From: an uncultured Bacteroidales bacterium
GTDB taxonomy: Bacteria; Bacteroidota; Bacteroidia; Bacteroidales; UBA10428
Direction: 5' to 3'
DNA: 35,306 bases
Assembly (NCBI GenBank): GCA_964495025.1
Contig: CAZBUF010000557.1
Span: 1 to 35,306 of the forward strand
The notes beneath the pieces are model-generated. The model searched no databases. It was not told where the DNA came from and saw nothing but the letters and a program-made list of their open reading frames with translations. Positions 1 through 10,932 of the stretch are shown here, one piece after another. The translations under genes were made by a program, and so were the position numbers. Each line of letters begins with the position of its first letter. The first letter of the stretch is position 1.

Positions 1-1700
1 GCATTATCAATGTAAAGTTCATTTCCTACCGGGTTTGGATGTATATTAAACTTATCATATGCTGATTCCTGAATACCTGTAGGTATTATTATAACCAGAT
101 CATCTGAAATACCTGAGCCGTCATTTGCAGTTGCAGTAACAGTGATGGTTCCTTCTCCGATAACTGTGAGTATCCCGTCAATGACAACAGCAATAAGCGG
201 ATTGTCTGTATCCCATGTTACACTTTTATCCGTTGCATTTGCAGGCTCAACCTCAACGGTTATCGGTACTGTACTGCCATTCAAAACAGGGCCGGGGTGG
301 ATTATTGTTATACTGGTAACCAGTATAGCCGCAGACTGAACGGTTATTGCCTTTTCCCCGTATGCTCCGGCACCATCATTAGCTGTGGCCCTTACTGTGA
401 CTGTTCCTGCGGATATCCCGGTTAAAACACCGGCAGGGCTTATGTAAGCTTCTCCTGTGCCGTTAGTGACCGACCATCCGACATCGGGACGTGCACCTGT
501 TGGCGTAACAGTGGCTTCCATTTGCAGGCTGCCGTCCACTGTAACTATATCCAAAGCATCCTTACCTGCAACATCTATTGATGTAACAAGTGTCTGGGTT
601 CCTTTAAGGAAGATCTCGTCAATAAGAAACGCTGCTGATTGTCCGGGATTCATAATCATAATGTCCAGGGCACTTCCTGTGCCTGAAATTGGTGCTGTTA
701 CTACTGTCCATGATGTATCATTGTCAGGATATCCTGTGCCCGTGATCTCCGTCCAGCCACTTCCGTCAATATCTACCATAAGATCAAGGGTCAAATCAGT
801 AGCGGTACTGTTTACCCAGGCTGCGTCGAACTGCAGTGCAAGGTTGCTGAATCCTTCGATATTTATATCATACAATGAAAGATAATAATTACTTGTTCCC
901 TTTGGCCCGATACTAAATGCAGGTCCGCTGGATGATCCGGCAATAGTGTCACTGGGCAGGTCGTTAGTGTGATCAGCATCCCAGTTCCAGCCATTAACAA
1001 GGGCAAGTGCAACTCCTCCTCCCGGCGTGAACTTATTGGATGCCCAGTATCCCCATCCTTTTGCCGGGCCGTTGGCCCAGTCGCCAATCCATCTGAAGGT
1101 ACCGCAGGGCTCATATAATATATTCACTTCAGTTCCTGAAGTTACAGGGTCGCCTGCATATAACATTATATCGTCAAGATAGTAGGTATCTGCAAGCGTG
1201 TCACCCAGAGCAATTCCCACATCATATGAATTAAACCTGTTGGTCGGGTATTTCCCCAGATCAACAGTAAATTCAACCCATGTATTTTCCTCACCACCAC
1301 TAACTGACCAGGCAGTGGCAGTATTCTGAAATTCGTTGGTAAACATCTGCTGTTCCCACCTGATATCATTATCTATTCTCGCACAAAATGATACTGCTTT
1401 TGGAGAATAAACTTTCATTGATAATACCGGGTGCGAGGTAAAATTAAATTCCGGAGCAATGTCAAAGTGCATGAAGAACCAGTCGGTAGTGGTCTCTCCT
1501 TTATCAACCTGCAACACCTTATCAGAAGTGTTTATGCCGGTTTTGGAAGGATTGTCCACGATGTAAGCAGTGTCCATGCCCCCTTTGTTAAATGTGGTCG
1601 TTGTGGCACCTGACTCAAAATCTGCCACTATCCTGTCCTGCCCGAATAAGGCAAATACGGTTGCTGATAATAGCAACAAAGTAAGTACATTTCTTTTCAT
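1..1700 (-). CDS. Secreted cell-surface protein, 3' partial (C-terminus beyond the left edge). N-terminal signal peptide, uncharacterised putative glycan-binding region, two Big_2-like Ig repeats, and the start of a T9SS C-terminal sorting domain.
   Basis: Absent from the ORF track because there is no stop in the window. I translated the minus strand by hand from the ATG at 1700-1698 to position 1: 566 codons, no stop. It begins MKRNVLTLLLLSATVFALFGQD (signal peptide). Big_2-like repeats include VTPTGARPDVGWSVTNGTGEAYISPAGVLTGISAGTVTVRATANDG and VEPANATDKSVTWDTDNPLIAVVIDGILTVIGEGTITVTATANDG. It ends ...FNIHPNPVGNELYIDNA, typical of the start of a Por/T9SS CTD. The short plus-strand ORFs at 142-339 and 457-885 are shadows of this frame. 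Confidence 0.8.
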   Translation of the reverse strand, partial: MKRNVLTLLLLSATVFALFGQDRIVADFESGATTTTFNKGGMDTAYIVDNPSKTGINTSDKVLQVDKGETTTDWFFMHFDIAPEFNFTSHPVLSMKVYSPKAVSFCARIDNDIRWEQQMFTNEFQNTATAWSVSGGEENTWVEFTVDLGKYPTNRFNSYDVGIALGDTLADTYYLDDIMLYAGDPVTSGTEVNILYEPCGTFRWIGDWANGPAKGWGYWASNKFTPGGGVALALVNGWNWDADHTNDLPSDTIAGSSSGPAFSIGPKGTSNYYLSLYDINIEGFSNLALQFDAAWVNSTATDLTLDLMVDIDGSGWTEITGTGYPDNDTSWTVVTAPISGTGSALDIMIMNPGQSAAFLIDEIFLKGTQTLVTSIDVAGKDALDIVTVDGSLQMEATVTPTGARPDVGWSVTNGTGEAYISPAGVLTGISAGTVTVRATANDGAGAYGEKAITVQSAAILVTSITIIHPGPVLNGSTVPITVEVEPANATDKSVTWDTDNPLIAVVIDGILTVIGEGTITVTATANDGSGISDDLVIIIPTGIQESAYDKFNIHPNPVGNELYIDN

Positions 1701-1828
1701 AATTGTGAGTTTTAAGTTAGACATAGTATTAATAAATTAGATATTAGCTGTTTTAATATTTACTCTTAAAATATTATAACACAGATTTTTAAAGAACTTC
1801 TTGTTAATTTATAATCCCTGATGTAAGC

Positions 1829-3076
1829 TTATTTGGTTTTAATAATCCTAATATTATCAAGAGCCATATTAAGTATTGTAATAGGCAGCCCCCCGGCTTC
1901 GGGACTTTGGTTTTTAAAGTTCATGTTAAATATATTTCCCTTTAATTCGCCATATGTTAAAGGTTTGACAACCCCGGCGCCGTCTACACTGAATTCACTG
2001 AACGGGATAACAAATGTGAGCCACCCGGGGGTAGTAAAATTGATCCTGTCGTCAGGTGTTCCCCATGGCTGCCAGAAGTACCTGTATTTCCAGTCGGACA
2101 CTCCTATTTCATAAAAGCCTGAATTCCAGACTTGCTGGACATAGGCTTCGAATCTCAGCTCAATACTGCTAATGGGTGTGTTGTCAGGATAATCGGGCCA
2201 GTTAAGATATGTACCATCCGTTTCCAGGGCTGTGGGCAATAACCAGTAAGTACCCGTATTAATGCCGATAACAAAGGTATACATGTAATTTCCCCTGCAC
2301 GGTAAAATAAAGGGGTTATTGGTGTTATCACCGAATTTTGCACCGTCAGGGTTAGCCTGTACCGCCGGGTCCTCAAAATCTATCAACATTCCCGTTGTAT
2401 CGTTGAACTTCGTTCTTCCTGACAGAGCTGCAGCCCCGGCTTTGGAAATAACATTTATATCTCCCGCTTCAGTAACTCCCTCAGGAACGGCCACCCTGCA
2501 CCATGTTCCGTTACGCGCCGTTTCAATATAGGTAGTGGGTATTTTCCCCGGGAAATATACTGTGTCAATAAAATAGAAATACTTGCCTTTCAGGGTTATA
2601 GTGTCTCCGGCATTGGCAAACTCGTTGCTGATCGACTGAAAAACAGGAGGTGGCGTATAGATACTAAAATCATAGGAATCTTCACCATACAAAGTAATAA
2701 CTTCAATGGTGTTATTCACAAGTGAATCAGGATGTGTTGCACCTGTAGGGGTTTCGTCGGGCACCATAATAACAATATTATTATCGGTAACCAGTGCAGG
2801 TTTGAAATATGCATCGTAACCGTTGAAATACACTTTATTTAAAGTGCTGAAATTTCTGCCCTGGATAACAAGCCATGAGCCAAGGATTGAATAGGAGAGA
2901 GACACATCGGCCTGTTCAGGAGCTATTGGCCTGACGTTAGTTATTTCAGGCGGCCCGGGTTCATCCTCATCACAGGATACAGGAAGCATTAAAACCGCTG
3001 CTATCATGAATAACATGATGACATAAATGCTTCTGTTCGGCTGATATTTTTGTTTCATGATTATTTGGTGTTTCAT
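1829..3076 (-). CDS. IPT/TIG-domain surface lipoprotein, likely a SusE/F-position surface glycan-binding protein of the PUL.
   Basis: Lipoprotein signal (MLFMIAAVLMLPVSCDEDE). Two IPT/TIG-like repeats: PEITNVRPIAP...LVIQGRNFSTLNKVYFNGYDAYF...VIMVPDE and PPPVFQSISNEFANAGDTITLKGKYFYFIDTVYFPG...VAVPEGVTEAGDINV. It lies immediately downstream of susD. The true start may be the internal Met at MKQKYQ (about 3055). Confidence 0.75.
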   Translation of the reverse strand: MKHQIIMKQKYQPNRSIYVIMLFMIAAVLMLPVSCDEDEPGPPEITNVRPIAPEQADVSLSYSILGSWLVIQGRNFSTLNKVYFNGYDAYFKPALVTDNNIVIMVPDETPTGATHPDSLVNNTIEVITLYGEDSYDFSIYTPPPVFQSISNEFANAGDTITLKGKYFYFIDTVYFPGKIPTTYIETARNGTWCRVAVPEGVTEAGDINVISKAGAAALSGRTKFNDTTGMLIDFEDPAVQANPDGAKFGDNTNNPFILPCRGNYMYTFVIGINTGTYWLLPTALETDGTYLNWPDYPDNTPISSIELRFEAYVQQVWNSGFYEIGVSDWKYRYFWQPWGTPDDRINFTTPGWLTFVIPFSEFSVDGAGVVKPLTYGELKGNIFNMNFKNQSPEAGGLPITILNMALDNIRIIKTK

Positions 3077-3128
3077 AATATTTTAGTTTTAGCTTTTTTA
3101 TGATGTTTTTATTCTTATCCTCATGCTT

Positions 3129-4793
3129 CTATTCACCCAGCAAACTGAAATCAAAAGGTTCCGGGTCTTTCTTCAGGTTAGGTGCCTGAACAACTTCGCT
3201 TTCAGGCAAAGGGAACCAGATATTTTCATCTGTTACCGTAAAGAACCTTGGTGTTCCGGTACCTTCACCGGAAGTATCAGATGGCTGTAAATCCCATATT
3301 CTGTTGTTGCTAGCATCATGTCCATGGGGGAGGATGTAGTACGCTCCTTTATCCTGGGCCGTTAATGTATCTTTAGCAGCTTCGGGCTCAAAGAAATACC
3401 ACCTCATAAATTCAAGCCACAGATTGCCCTCCATAGCAAATTCGATACGTTTTTCCATAAAGATTTTCCAGAATGTCAGGTTATCTTCACCTGCAAGTCC
3501 TGCCCGCGAGCGCACCCTGTTAAAATAATCAAGGGCCGCAGGATCTGTTGTCTGGTCATTATTTCCCATTATAGCTTCGGCATATATCAGGTACATTTCG
3601 GCCAGGCGAAGCATATATGTATTGTTCGAGGTTTTCATTATTTCAGGTGTTCCTTCACTGTCAGGATTATCCTCAGGTGTGCCGACGATATATTTCTTAA
3701 CATTGGCTATTGTTGTATCATCATAGAAGTATCCGCCATCAGCCTTGTTAAGTTCATCGTAGTGATCACCGGGAAACATAAAAGTTGCTTTACGGCGTAT
3801 TGAATCTACAGGGTTATTCACATAATACTGAAGCAGATTATATGAAGCACCATGTCCGATTCCCCAGCCATCGCCTGTACCGGTGATATCGGGATCTCTT
3901 GCATAAAATGCCTGGAAGTCGTTTGACACTCCATAGATATCAGGAACTACAAGCCACTGCAAGGCAAAAAGGCTTTCTTCATTGTTGTCATTCCATGTTG
4001 TAAATAAGTCGGGGTAATTTGGCACAAGACTATAAGGACTGTTTTCACATACATCACCGGCATAAAATACGGCACTGTCAAGGTCAGCCTGGTTGCGTGT
4101 GCCGTCAGTGCTGTTCAGTCCGGAGCGGAAGAGATATGCTTTGGCAAGCATTCCTTTTGCCGCCCAGTTGCTTACCCTGCCTTCATAAGCCGGATTGTCG
4201 GGCAGATTTTTCGCGGCATAGGTGAAATCCCTGATAATAAATTCCCAGAGGCTCTCTTTTGTGGCTCTTGCAATAGTGGTATCCGTCATCTGGGCTATAA
4301 CATCATATATGATAGGCACTTCTCCCCAGTTTACGGTCAGCCACATATATGACACTCCCCTCATAAAATGGCACTCGGCCATTGCAACTTTTATAACTTC
4401 GTCCGACACTTCCTCGGAATCAATGCTTTTAAGTTTCGACATAATAATGTTACTGTGTCCTATAACGCTATAAAGAGACCTCCATGCGTTAAGCAACTCA
4501 AACCTGGTTTCCTGCACGGCAAACCAGTAAAAAATGTACCTGTCGTTCGTGATCATGTTACCTGCCCTCACGTCACCTATTGTAGGCAGAACGTTGTGGT
4601 TAAATCTGTGCCATACAACATGATATAATGCAGCAGTACTCATTTCCACTTCAGCGTTAGTCTGGAAATATGTATCATATGTTAGCCGGTCTTCAGGAGG
4701 CCTGTCAAGAAAGTCTTTGGAACATTCTGCTACCAGAAAAAGGACAGGAATAAGAATTATCGGTATGTATATTTTTGCTTTCATGATTTTCAT
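3129..4793 (-). CDS. susD: SusD/RagB-family nutrient-binding outer-membrane lipoprotein.
   Basis: Lipobox (LFLVAECSKDFLDRPPEDRL). SusD-typical TPR-like helices (AECHFMRGVSYMWL, AKGMLAKAYLF, LRLAEMYLIYAEA). It starts 12 nt downstream of the susC stop. Confidence 0.9.
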   Translation of the reverse strand: MKIMKAKIYIPIILIPVLFLVAECSKDFLDRPPEDRLTYDTYFQTNAEVEMSTAALYHVVWHRFNHNVLPTIGDVRAGNMITNDRYIFYWFAVQETRFELLNAWRSLYSVIGHSNIIMSKLKSIDSEEVSDEVIKVAMAECHFMRGVSYMWLTVNWGEVPIIYDVIAQMTDTTIARATKESLWEFIIRDFTYAAKNLPDNPAYEGRVSNWAAKGMLAKAYLFRSGLNSTDGTRNQADLDSAVFYAGDVCENSPYSLVPNYPDLFTTWNDNNEESLFALQWLVVPDIYGVSNDFQAFYARDPDITGTGDGWGIGHGASYNLLQYYVNNPVDSIRRKATFMFPGDHYDELNKADGGYFYDDTTIANVKKYIVGTPEDNPDSEGTPEIMKTSNNTYMLRLAEMYLIYAEAIMGNNDQTTDPAALDYFNRVRSRAGLAGEDNLTFWKIFMEKRIEFAMEGNLWLEFMRWYFFEPEAAKDTLTAQDKGAYYILPHGHDASNNRIWDLQPSDTSGEGTGTPRFFTVTDENIWFPLPESEVVQAPNLKKDPEPFDFSLLGE

Positions 4794-4804
4794 TTTTGTA
4801 TTGT

Positions 4805-7800
4805 TTAAAAATCAACAATAAGGTTAAAGGTGTATGATCTCGTTGACGGGTAGCGGTTGTTATCATAACCGGGTATTGTTCCCTGTCTTTCATCTTCTCC
4901 GTCTGCATCCAGCATAAACATTCCTACTTCAGGATCGTACCCTTTGTACCTGGTAAATGTGTAAAGATTCTGTATGCCTGCTGATAACCTCAGATTCTTT
5001 ACAGGCAACTTTGACATAAGTTTATTGGGAATGGAATACGAGAGTTGTATATTTTTTATGCGCAGGTATGAACCATCTTCAATCCACATATCTGAAGATC
5101 TGTAGTTGGCATTAGGATCATGGCCGGCGTGGATCCTGGGTACATCAGTGCCGGGATTTTCCACATAGGGCGCACCGTTTTCATCATATAAAACCCTTGC
5201 ATAATTTTTGACAGAAGACAGATATCCCCATCCGTACCCGGGGCCGCCGCCAAAAACCTTTCCATTCTTATAACGCCCCCAGTTAAACAGATCATTGCCG
5301 TACACGCAATTTATGGCAATGTAAAGTTCCAGGTTCTTATAGCGGAAAGTATTGTTAAGTCCGAAAATGAACTTTGGCCAGGGATTACCAAAAAATCCAC
5401 GGTCGTCAGCATCAAGAAGAGTATCACCATTAAGATTTTTAAATCTTATATCTCCCGGCCATGAACCTACATCCTCGTCAATTATTTCATTGGCGTTTTG
5501 CCAGGGGTGGGCTAATATATCAAGTGTGTCAGTGAATAAGCCATCCCACGAATAAACGTAATATTGCCACAGGGGCTCACCAACAACGGAGCGTGCTACC
5601 AGTCCGATGTCTCCGCGTGTTCTGTCAACATAATTCGTCTCCCCGTAAAGCTTTGTAAGCTTATTCCTGTCGATTGAAACTGTTATCCCTGTTTTCCAGA
5701 AGAATGGCCTTTCCATATTTACAGTGTTCAGAGTAAATCCGATCCCCCGGTTTTCCATGGCACCTACGTTCATCCATGGGGGTTTAATGGATGCCGAGAA
5801 ATCCTCTACGCTGGTAGATAAATAATAGGGATATGAAACCTGCATCATAAGGTTATCCGTATTTTTCAGGTATGCATCAACTATGAACTCTACGCGGTTT
5901 CCAAACATATTGATATCTAATCCCAGGTTTGTAGTATGTGTTTCCTCCCACTGAAAATCAGGATTCGACAGATTATATGTCAGGAATCCCGTACCCCATA
6001 TTGTAGGATATGAGCTTAACGTGGAATAATAGGTGGGCCCGCCGCTGTTCTGGTTGCCGGTAATACCATACTCGAACCTGAGTTTGAAATTATCGATCCA
6101 TGTAAGGTTTTCCATGAAAGATTCTTCTGAAATTTTCCATGCCACGGATGCTGCCGGGAAATAACCCCACCTGTTGTTTTCCCCGAAATTTGGCGAACCA
6201 TCGGCTCTGAATGTAGCCTGGAGAATGTATCTGTCATTGTACATATAGTTCAGGCGGCCGAAGTACGATTCCATAGCCCAGCTGCCTTTTCCGCTATTTG
6301 CTGCAGAAGTTGTGGCATCACCGGCACTAAGTTCCCTTATGGTATTTGAAAGAAAGCCCTGCCTTGAGCCGTCAACGTTTTCCCATTTGCTTTCCTGGGC
6401 CTCGTGACTTACCATTGCTTTTATATCGTGTTTGCCAAGTTTGGTACCATACTCCAGTAATGCCAGAAAATTCCATCCTGTATTGTTATTTGTTTTTCTT
6501 TCCGACATGTTTGTCTCTTTAACAAACCCGTCGAACCGGTAAGAAGGATCATATTTGTAGCGGTTGGTAAATTCAAAGTTTCCATTCAGTGCGGTGCGGA
6601 ACTTTAATCCTTTTAAAGGAGTAATATCCGCATATAAGCCCCCCATGCTGAATATCTTTCTCTCTGTGTCATCTGTTATTTTAGCAAGTGCCACCGGGTT
6701 AGTGTTCATGTATTGTGTTTCATGGGGTCCTCCCCATGAGCCGTCGGGGTTTTGAACAACTACATCGGGTGCCTGCTGAAGCGCAAGGTTCAGTATATCA
6801 TTTTCTGAAATTGTCCTTTTCTGCTTTGTCTGGCTCAGCATGATATTTGAGCCTATCTTAAGCCAGTCGCGTGTCTGATTATCGATATTAAGACGTATTG
6901 AATAACGGTCGAAGCCTGATTCTATGATTACACCATCCTGTTTGAAATATTCGCCTGAAAGGTAGAAGTTAGTTTTTTCATTGCCACCATTAACAGAAAG
7001 CTGGTGTTTAAAAAGGGGAGCCCTGTTAAACAGTTCACCCTGCCAGTTTGTACCTTCGCCAAGCACCGAAGGGTCCTGAAATTCGGGTATCTCGCCCAGT
7101 GCACCGGTAATGCTGTTATAGGTGTTTACATATTCGGCATATTCGCGCAGGTTCAAAACAGGTATAAAATCAGGTTCATCCTGGATGGCATAAGTACCAT
7201 TATAACTTATCTTCGTTTCACCTGACTTACCTCTCTTTGTTGTGATCACAATTACACCATTTCCTGCCCGTGAACCGTATATAGCTGTAGCTGTCGGCCC
7301 CTGCAGAATCTGCATCGACTCAATATCATTAGGATTGATACTTGAGAGCGTATTGGTTGCCCTGCCTGTTTTGCCCATAATCTGTACACCATCAACAACA
7401 TACATGGGCTCTGTGGATCCTGATATGGAATTTATTCCACGGATGTTTACGGAAATTCCTCCTCCCGGTTCACCGCTGTTCTGCGTAACATAAACCCCTG
7501 CAGCCCTTCCCTGAAGTACCTGTTCAACTGTTGTTGCACGGGAGTTCATGATTTCTTCAGAACTTACCGATACCTGGGCGCTACTGAGATCACTGCGCTT
7601 CATTGAACCGTATCCTATCACAACAACTTCGTCAAGCCTCGTTATGTCTTCTTTTAGTGATATATCAAGCTGTGTTTTACTGCCAACTTCAATTTCCTGC
7701 GTAATATGACCTATAAAGGAGATGACAAGGATATCTTCCGGATTTACAGCTATTGAAAAATTACCGGCGATGTCTGTTACCGTCCCGGTAGTGGTACCTT

Positions 7801-8020
7801 TAATAATGATATTAGCTCCGGGTACAGGTTCGCCGTTTTCGGCAGATATGATCCTTCCGCTTAATAAGTGACCGGAGGGTTGTACTGCCTGAGCATATGA
7901 ACATAAGAGGTTCAGCGAAAATGCAGCAAACATAATTGCGGTGAATTTAAGAATGCTGAATACTGATCTGAGAACATGGTGGTTTAAAGACCAGACAGTT
8001 TTTTTATGCTTTTTTCTCAT
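4805..8020 (-). CDS. susC: SusC/RagA-family TonB-dependent outer-membrane transporter.
   Basis: 1071 aa. N-terminal carboxypeptidase-regulatory-like domain (GRIISAENGEPVPGANIIIKGTTTGTVTDIAGNFSI). TonB box/plug (LDEVVVIGYGSMKRSDLS, QGRAAGV, IRGINSI, PMYVVDG). C-terminal barrel ends in F (YTFNLIVDF). Confidence 0.95.
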   Translation of the reverse strand: MRKKHKKTVWSLNHHVLRSVFSILKFTAIMFAAFSLNLLCSYAQAVQPSGHLLSGRIISAENGEPVPGANIIIKGTTTGTVTDIAGNFSIAVNPEDILVISFIGHITQEIEVGSKTQLDISLKEDITRLDEVVVIGYGSMKRSDLSSAQVSVSSEEIMNSRATTVEQVLQGRAAGVYVTQNSGEPGGGISVNIRGINSISGSTEPMYVVDGVQIMGKTGRATNTLSSINPNDIESMQILQGPTATAIYGSRAGNGVIVITTKRGKSGETKISYNGTYAIQDEPDFIPVLNLREYAEYVNTYNSITGALGEIPEFQDPSVLGEGTNWQGELFNRAPLFKHQLSVNGGNEKTNFYLSGEYFKQDGVIIESGFDRYSIRLNIDNQTRDWLKIGSNIMLSQTKQKRTISENDILNLALQQAPDVVVQNPDGSWGGPHETQYMNTNPVALAKITDDTERKIFSMGGLYADITPLKGLKFRTALNGNFEFTNRYKYDPSYRFDGFVKETNMSERKTNNNTGWNFLALLEYGTKLGKHDIKAMVSHEAQESKWENVDGSRQGFLSNTIRELSAGDATTSAANSGKGSWAMESYFGRLNYMYNDRYILQATFRADGSPNFGENNRWGYFPAASVAWKISEESFMENLTWIDNFKLRFEYGITGNQNSGGPTYYSTLSSYPTIWGTGFLTYNLSNPDFQWEETHTTNLGLDINMFGNRVEFIVDAYLKNTDNLMMQVSYPYYLSTSVEDFSASIKPPWMNVGAMENRGIGFTLNTVNMERPFFWKTGITVSIDRNKLTKLYGETNYVDRTRGDIGLVARSVVGEPLWQYYVYSWDGLFTDTLDILAHPWQNANEIIDEDVGSWPGDIRFKNLNGDTLLDADDRGFFGNPWPKFIFGLNNTFRYKNLELYIAINCVYGNDLFNWGRYKNGKVFGGGPGYGWGYLSSVKNYARVLYDENGAPYVENPGTDVPRIHAGHDPNANYRSSDMWIEDGSYLRIKNIQLSYSIPNKLMSKLPVKNLRLSAGIQNLYTFTRYKGYDPEVGMFMLDADGEDERQGTIPGYDNNRYPSTRSYTFNLIVDF

Positions 8021-8064
8021 GATATTATTAGGTATTTGGTTTTAATGTTTTCTTAAAATCATAT

Positions 8065-8085
8065 TACCTGCATATCAGGCAGGTA
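8065..8085 (-). terminator. Weak hairpin directly after the GH31 stop and upstream of susC.
   Basis: TACCTGC-atatcag-GCAGGTA (7-bp stem). It abuts the GH31 stop at 8088. On the minus strand it is followed by ATATGATTTTAAG. Confidence 0.3.
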
Positions 8086-8087
8086 TG

Positions 8088-10916
8088 TTAATCTGACATT
8101 TTTATTTTAATAGATTGCTCTTCTCCGTTGTAATAGGCCATTTGAGCATATGAAGCATTCATGTTCCAGCCTGTGTGTTTATCCTTACTGACCAGTACAA
8201 TACGAATTGTTCTTTCCTCTGCCATTCCGGGGAATGATCCCTTTCTTTTTCCAATGTTCACAGTACAGGTTTTATCATTATATGAGAAGGGAATAATTGA
8301 ATATTTTCCTTTCTCGTAGTTATAGTTTATATTTTCATCTTCATAAAGTTCAAAGTACCCGTCTTTTCCTTCATATATATATAAGGTCAAAGGATTTGCA
8401 GGTTTTTCATCGGTATATTGAATCTCGGGCCCAAATGGAATAATAGCACCTTCCCTTGCAAATACCGGTATCCTTTCCAGGGGAGCCTCTGCATTGATTT
8501 TCTGTCCGCCCTCATAGTATTTTCCGGAGTACAGGTTATACCACCCTGATGATGAGGGCAGATATACATTCCTGTTTTTAGCATTATATTTATATACAGG
8601 ACATATAAGCAAGGCGGGCCCGAACATGTATTGATCGCCGATATTACAGACAACAGTGTCATCAGCGAAATCCATTACCAGGGCACGCATTATTGTATAA
8701 TCATTAAAATAAGTTTTACCGGCAAGGGAGTATATGTAAGGCATAAGTCGGTACCTTAATTTATCATAATATACCATTGATCTGTACTCAACAGAATTTT
8801 CAGGTGCAACATTAAATATTTCCCTGTATGGAAGCTGACCATGTATTCTGAACAGGGGACAGAAAGCACCGAACTGAAACCAGCGAGTCATCAGCTCCCT
8901 CCATTCTTTAAGATCATCACCTGTTGCCTGTTCATACCGCTTTTCAACTGAAAATCCTCCGATATCAGTGGTCCAGTAAGGTATACCTGATAGTGAAAAG
9001 TTTAATCCTGCGGAAATCTGATCTTCAAGATCACTCCATCTTGATGCAACATCACCGCTCCAGGTGGCGGCGGCATAACGCTGCTGGCCTGCAAAGGCCG
9101 ATCTTGTAAGTATGAATATCCTCTTATCCGGATCAGCTTCTTTCAGTCCCTCATATACCCCTTTGGTATTCATTAATGAATAAGCATTAAAATATTGAGC
9201 ACCTGGTCCCAGTGCTGTTGGAGTCATTAATTTTTTTCTTTCTTCAATAGAGTTATTACCTTCCAAATCAGGCTCCGTTGCATCAAGCCACCATGCGTCA
9301 ATTCCTATACTGTTAAGCCCGGAATTTATTTGTTCCCAGAATAATTTTCTGGCATCGCTATTAAAAGCATCGTAGAAAGTTGATACATAGCCAATCCAGT
9401 CTTTGCAGTTTTTTTCCAGGTTTCTTTGATAGAGATATCCGTTATTCTGCATCTCTTCAAAGTTCCTGATGCCCCTGTAAAATTTTGGCCATACCGATAC
9501 CATTATCCTGGTATGAAGATCCCTGTGTAACTCTTCTACCATTCCACCTGGATCCGGAAACCTTGCTGAGTCGAATTCATGTGAGCCCCATTTATCTTCT
9601 TCCCAGTATTGCCAATCCAGAACAATATTATCCAGAGGAATTTTTCTTGTCCTGTATTCTTTCACAACATCCAGTAATTCCTGCTGTGTTTTATATCTTT
9701 CCCTGCTTTGCCAGAGTCCCATGGCCCATTTTGGCATCACCGGCGTTTTGCCTGTTATCAGGCGGTAACCTCTCACCACTTCATCGGCATCAGAGCCGTA
9801 TATGAAATAGTAATCGATCCGGGATCCGACTTCAGAAGACAGGGTGAGCCTGTTTTGTTCCTCGTCACTTAACGGATCAAGGTGTTTTAAGGCGATATAC
9901 CCTTCATTGTTAATCCATTCCAGTTTTATTGAGTGTTTTTCACCTTTGTTAATATTTATTATATACTTGTTATACCACGGATTCCATCCCTGTCTCCACT
10001 CATCACAGATCAGTTCACCATCAATCCATAATTTATAATACTCGGAAGCATACAGGAGAAGTTTATGCCGGCCTTCAATATCCGAAGTAAATGAGCCTTC
10101 CCATATTACTTTTGAGCTGAGTACCGGAATACCCTCAGGCCAGTTCACCCTCGACTGCAAATATTCATAGTCTATGGTATTTTCCAGGCGGCTTGTTTTA
10201 AACTCGTCATTTGAGTAATATTCAGCTGTCAGTCCCCCCGGTTCACCGGTTTTTGAGAAAAGTTCAAGGGAGGATAACGGCTGATATTCGCGGGGATCAC
10301 CAAAACGGGTTATTGAATAGTTGTCCCATAAAATCCCGTAATTTTTGCTCGAATACAGAAATGGTACAACAGCTACAATATTATGCTGTATCAGTTCAAC
10401 ATCCCGGCCTTTATAATTCATCTGCCCGTTCTGATGCTGTCCCAGGCCATAAAAAGCCTCATCTTCAGGAGATTCGAATACCTGTTGTATATTATAAAAT
10501 TTTTTACCGTCAATTGTAACAGGTACGAATTTCTTGCCTCCTCCCTGCTGTTCACTGAGTATAACACTGCCTGTACTGTCACTGAATATTATTTCACCTG
10601 TTAATAACGATATATTGGCGCTGATGGATGATGTTTTTAAGACTAATTCATTTTTATTTTGTTCCAGGTTCCATTTAACGGGATGATTTCTTCTGTTTGC
10701 AGTTATAAGACTTTTAAAAGCGGGAAACGAATCTGACGGAACAGCTGTTACATGTATTATATTGTCGGCAATAACATGGAGTTTTAATTGTTTTGTATCT
10801 TGTTTTCCTTTTCTTTTTAATTGTATTACAACATTATCATCGTACTTTTTATAATTATGTACATGACAAGAAGCCAGAAGCAGTAGAATAACAACATACA
10901 GAATATTACTTTTCAT
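8088..10916 (-). CDS. Glycoside hydrolase family 31 (alpha-xylosidase/alpha-glucosidase type) with an inserted PA14 domain; lipoprotein.
   Basis: Lipobox LLLASC. PA14-like insert (GGLTAEYYSNDEFKTSRLENTIDYEY...VIWEGSFTSDIEGRHKLLLYASEYYKLWIDGELICDEW). GH31 nucleophile-region motif IDAWWLDATEPD. Also the WSGDV and TTDIGGF motifs. Confidence 0.9.
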   Translation of the reverse strand: MKSNILYVVILLLLASCHVHNYKKYDDNVVIQLKRKGKQDTKQLKLHVIADNIIHVTAVPSDSFPAFKSLITANRRNHPVKWNLEQNKNELVLKTSSISANISLLTGEIIFSDSTGSVILSEQQGGGKKFVPVTIDGKKFYNIQQVFESPEDEAFYGLGQHQNGQMNYKGRDVELIQHNIVAVVPFLYSSKNYGILWDNYSITRFGDPREYQPLSSLELFSKTGEPGGLTAEYYSNDEFKTSRLENTIDYEYLQSRVNWPEGIPVLSSKVIWEGSFTSDIEGRHKLLLYASEYYKLWIDGELICDEWRQGWNPWYNKYIININKGEKHSIKLEWINNEGYIALKHLDPLSDEEQNRLTLSSEVGSRIDYYFIYGSDADEVVRGYRLITGKTPVMPKWAMGLWQSRERYKTQQELLDVVKEYRTRKIPLDNIVLDWQYWEEDKWGSHEFDSARFPDPGGMVEELHRDLHTRIMVSVWPKFYRGIRNFEEMQNNGYLYQRNLEKNCKDWIGYVSTFYDAFNSDARKLFWEQINSGLNSIGIDAWWLDATEPDLEGNNSIEERKKLMTPTALGPGAQYFNAYSLMNTKGVYEGLKEADPDKRIFILTRSAFAGQQRYAAATWSGDVASRWSDLEDQISAGLNFSLSGIPYWTTDIGGFSVEKRYEQATGDDLKEWRELMTRWFQFGAFCPLFRIHGQLPYREIFNVAPENSVEYRSMVYYDKLRYRLMPYIYSLAGKTYFNDYTIMRALVMDFADDTVVCNIGDQYMFGPALLICPVYKYNAKNRNVYLPSSSGWYNLYSGKYYEGGQKINAEAPLERIPVFAREGAIIPFGPEIQYTDEKPANPLTLYIYEGKDGYFELYEDENINYNYEKGKYSIIPFSYNDKTCTVNIGKRKGSFPGMAEERTIRIVLVSKDKHTGWNMNASYAQMAYYNGEEQSIKIKMSD

Positions 10917-10932
10917 TGGTAAATGATTTTAA

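Noticed and set aside
142-885. Plus-strand ORFs 142-339 and 457-885, and minus-strand ORFs 863-1114 and 1166-1369, offered by the ORF track as the only content of the first 1.7 kb.
   Set aside because: A continuous 566-codon minus-strand frame from 1700 to 1 has a signal peptide, Big_2 repeats and a T9SS CTD, and it explains the region. The listed ORFs are in other frames or antisense and have low-complexity, non-protein-like composition.
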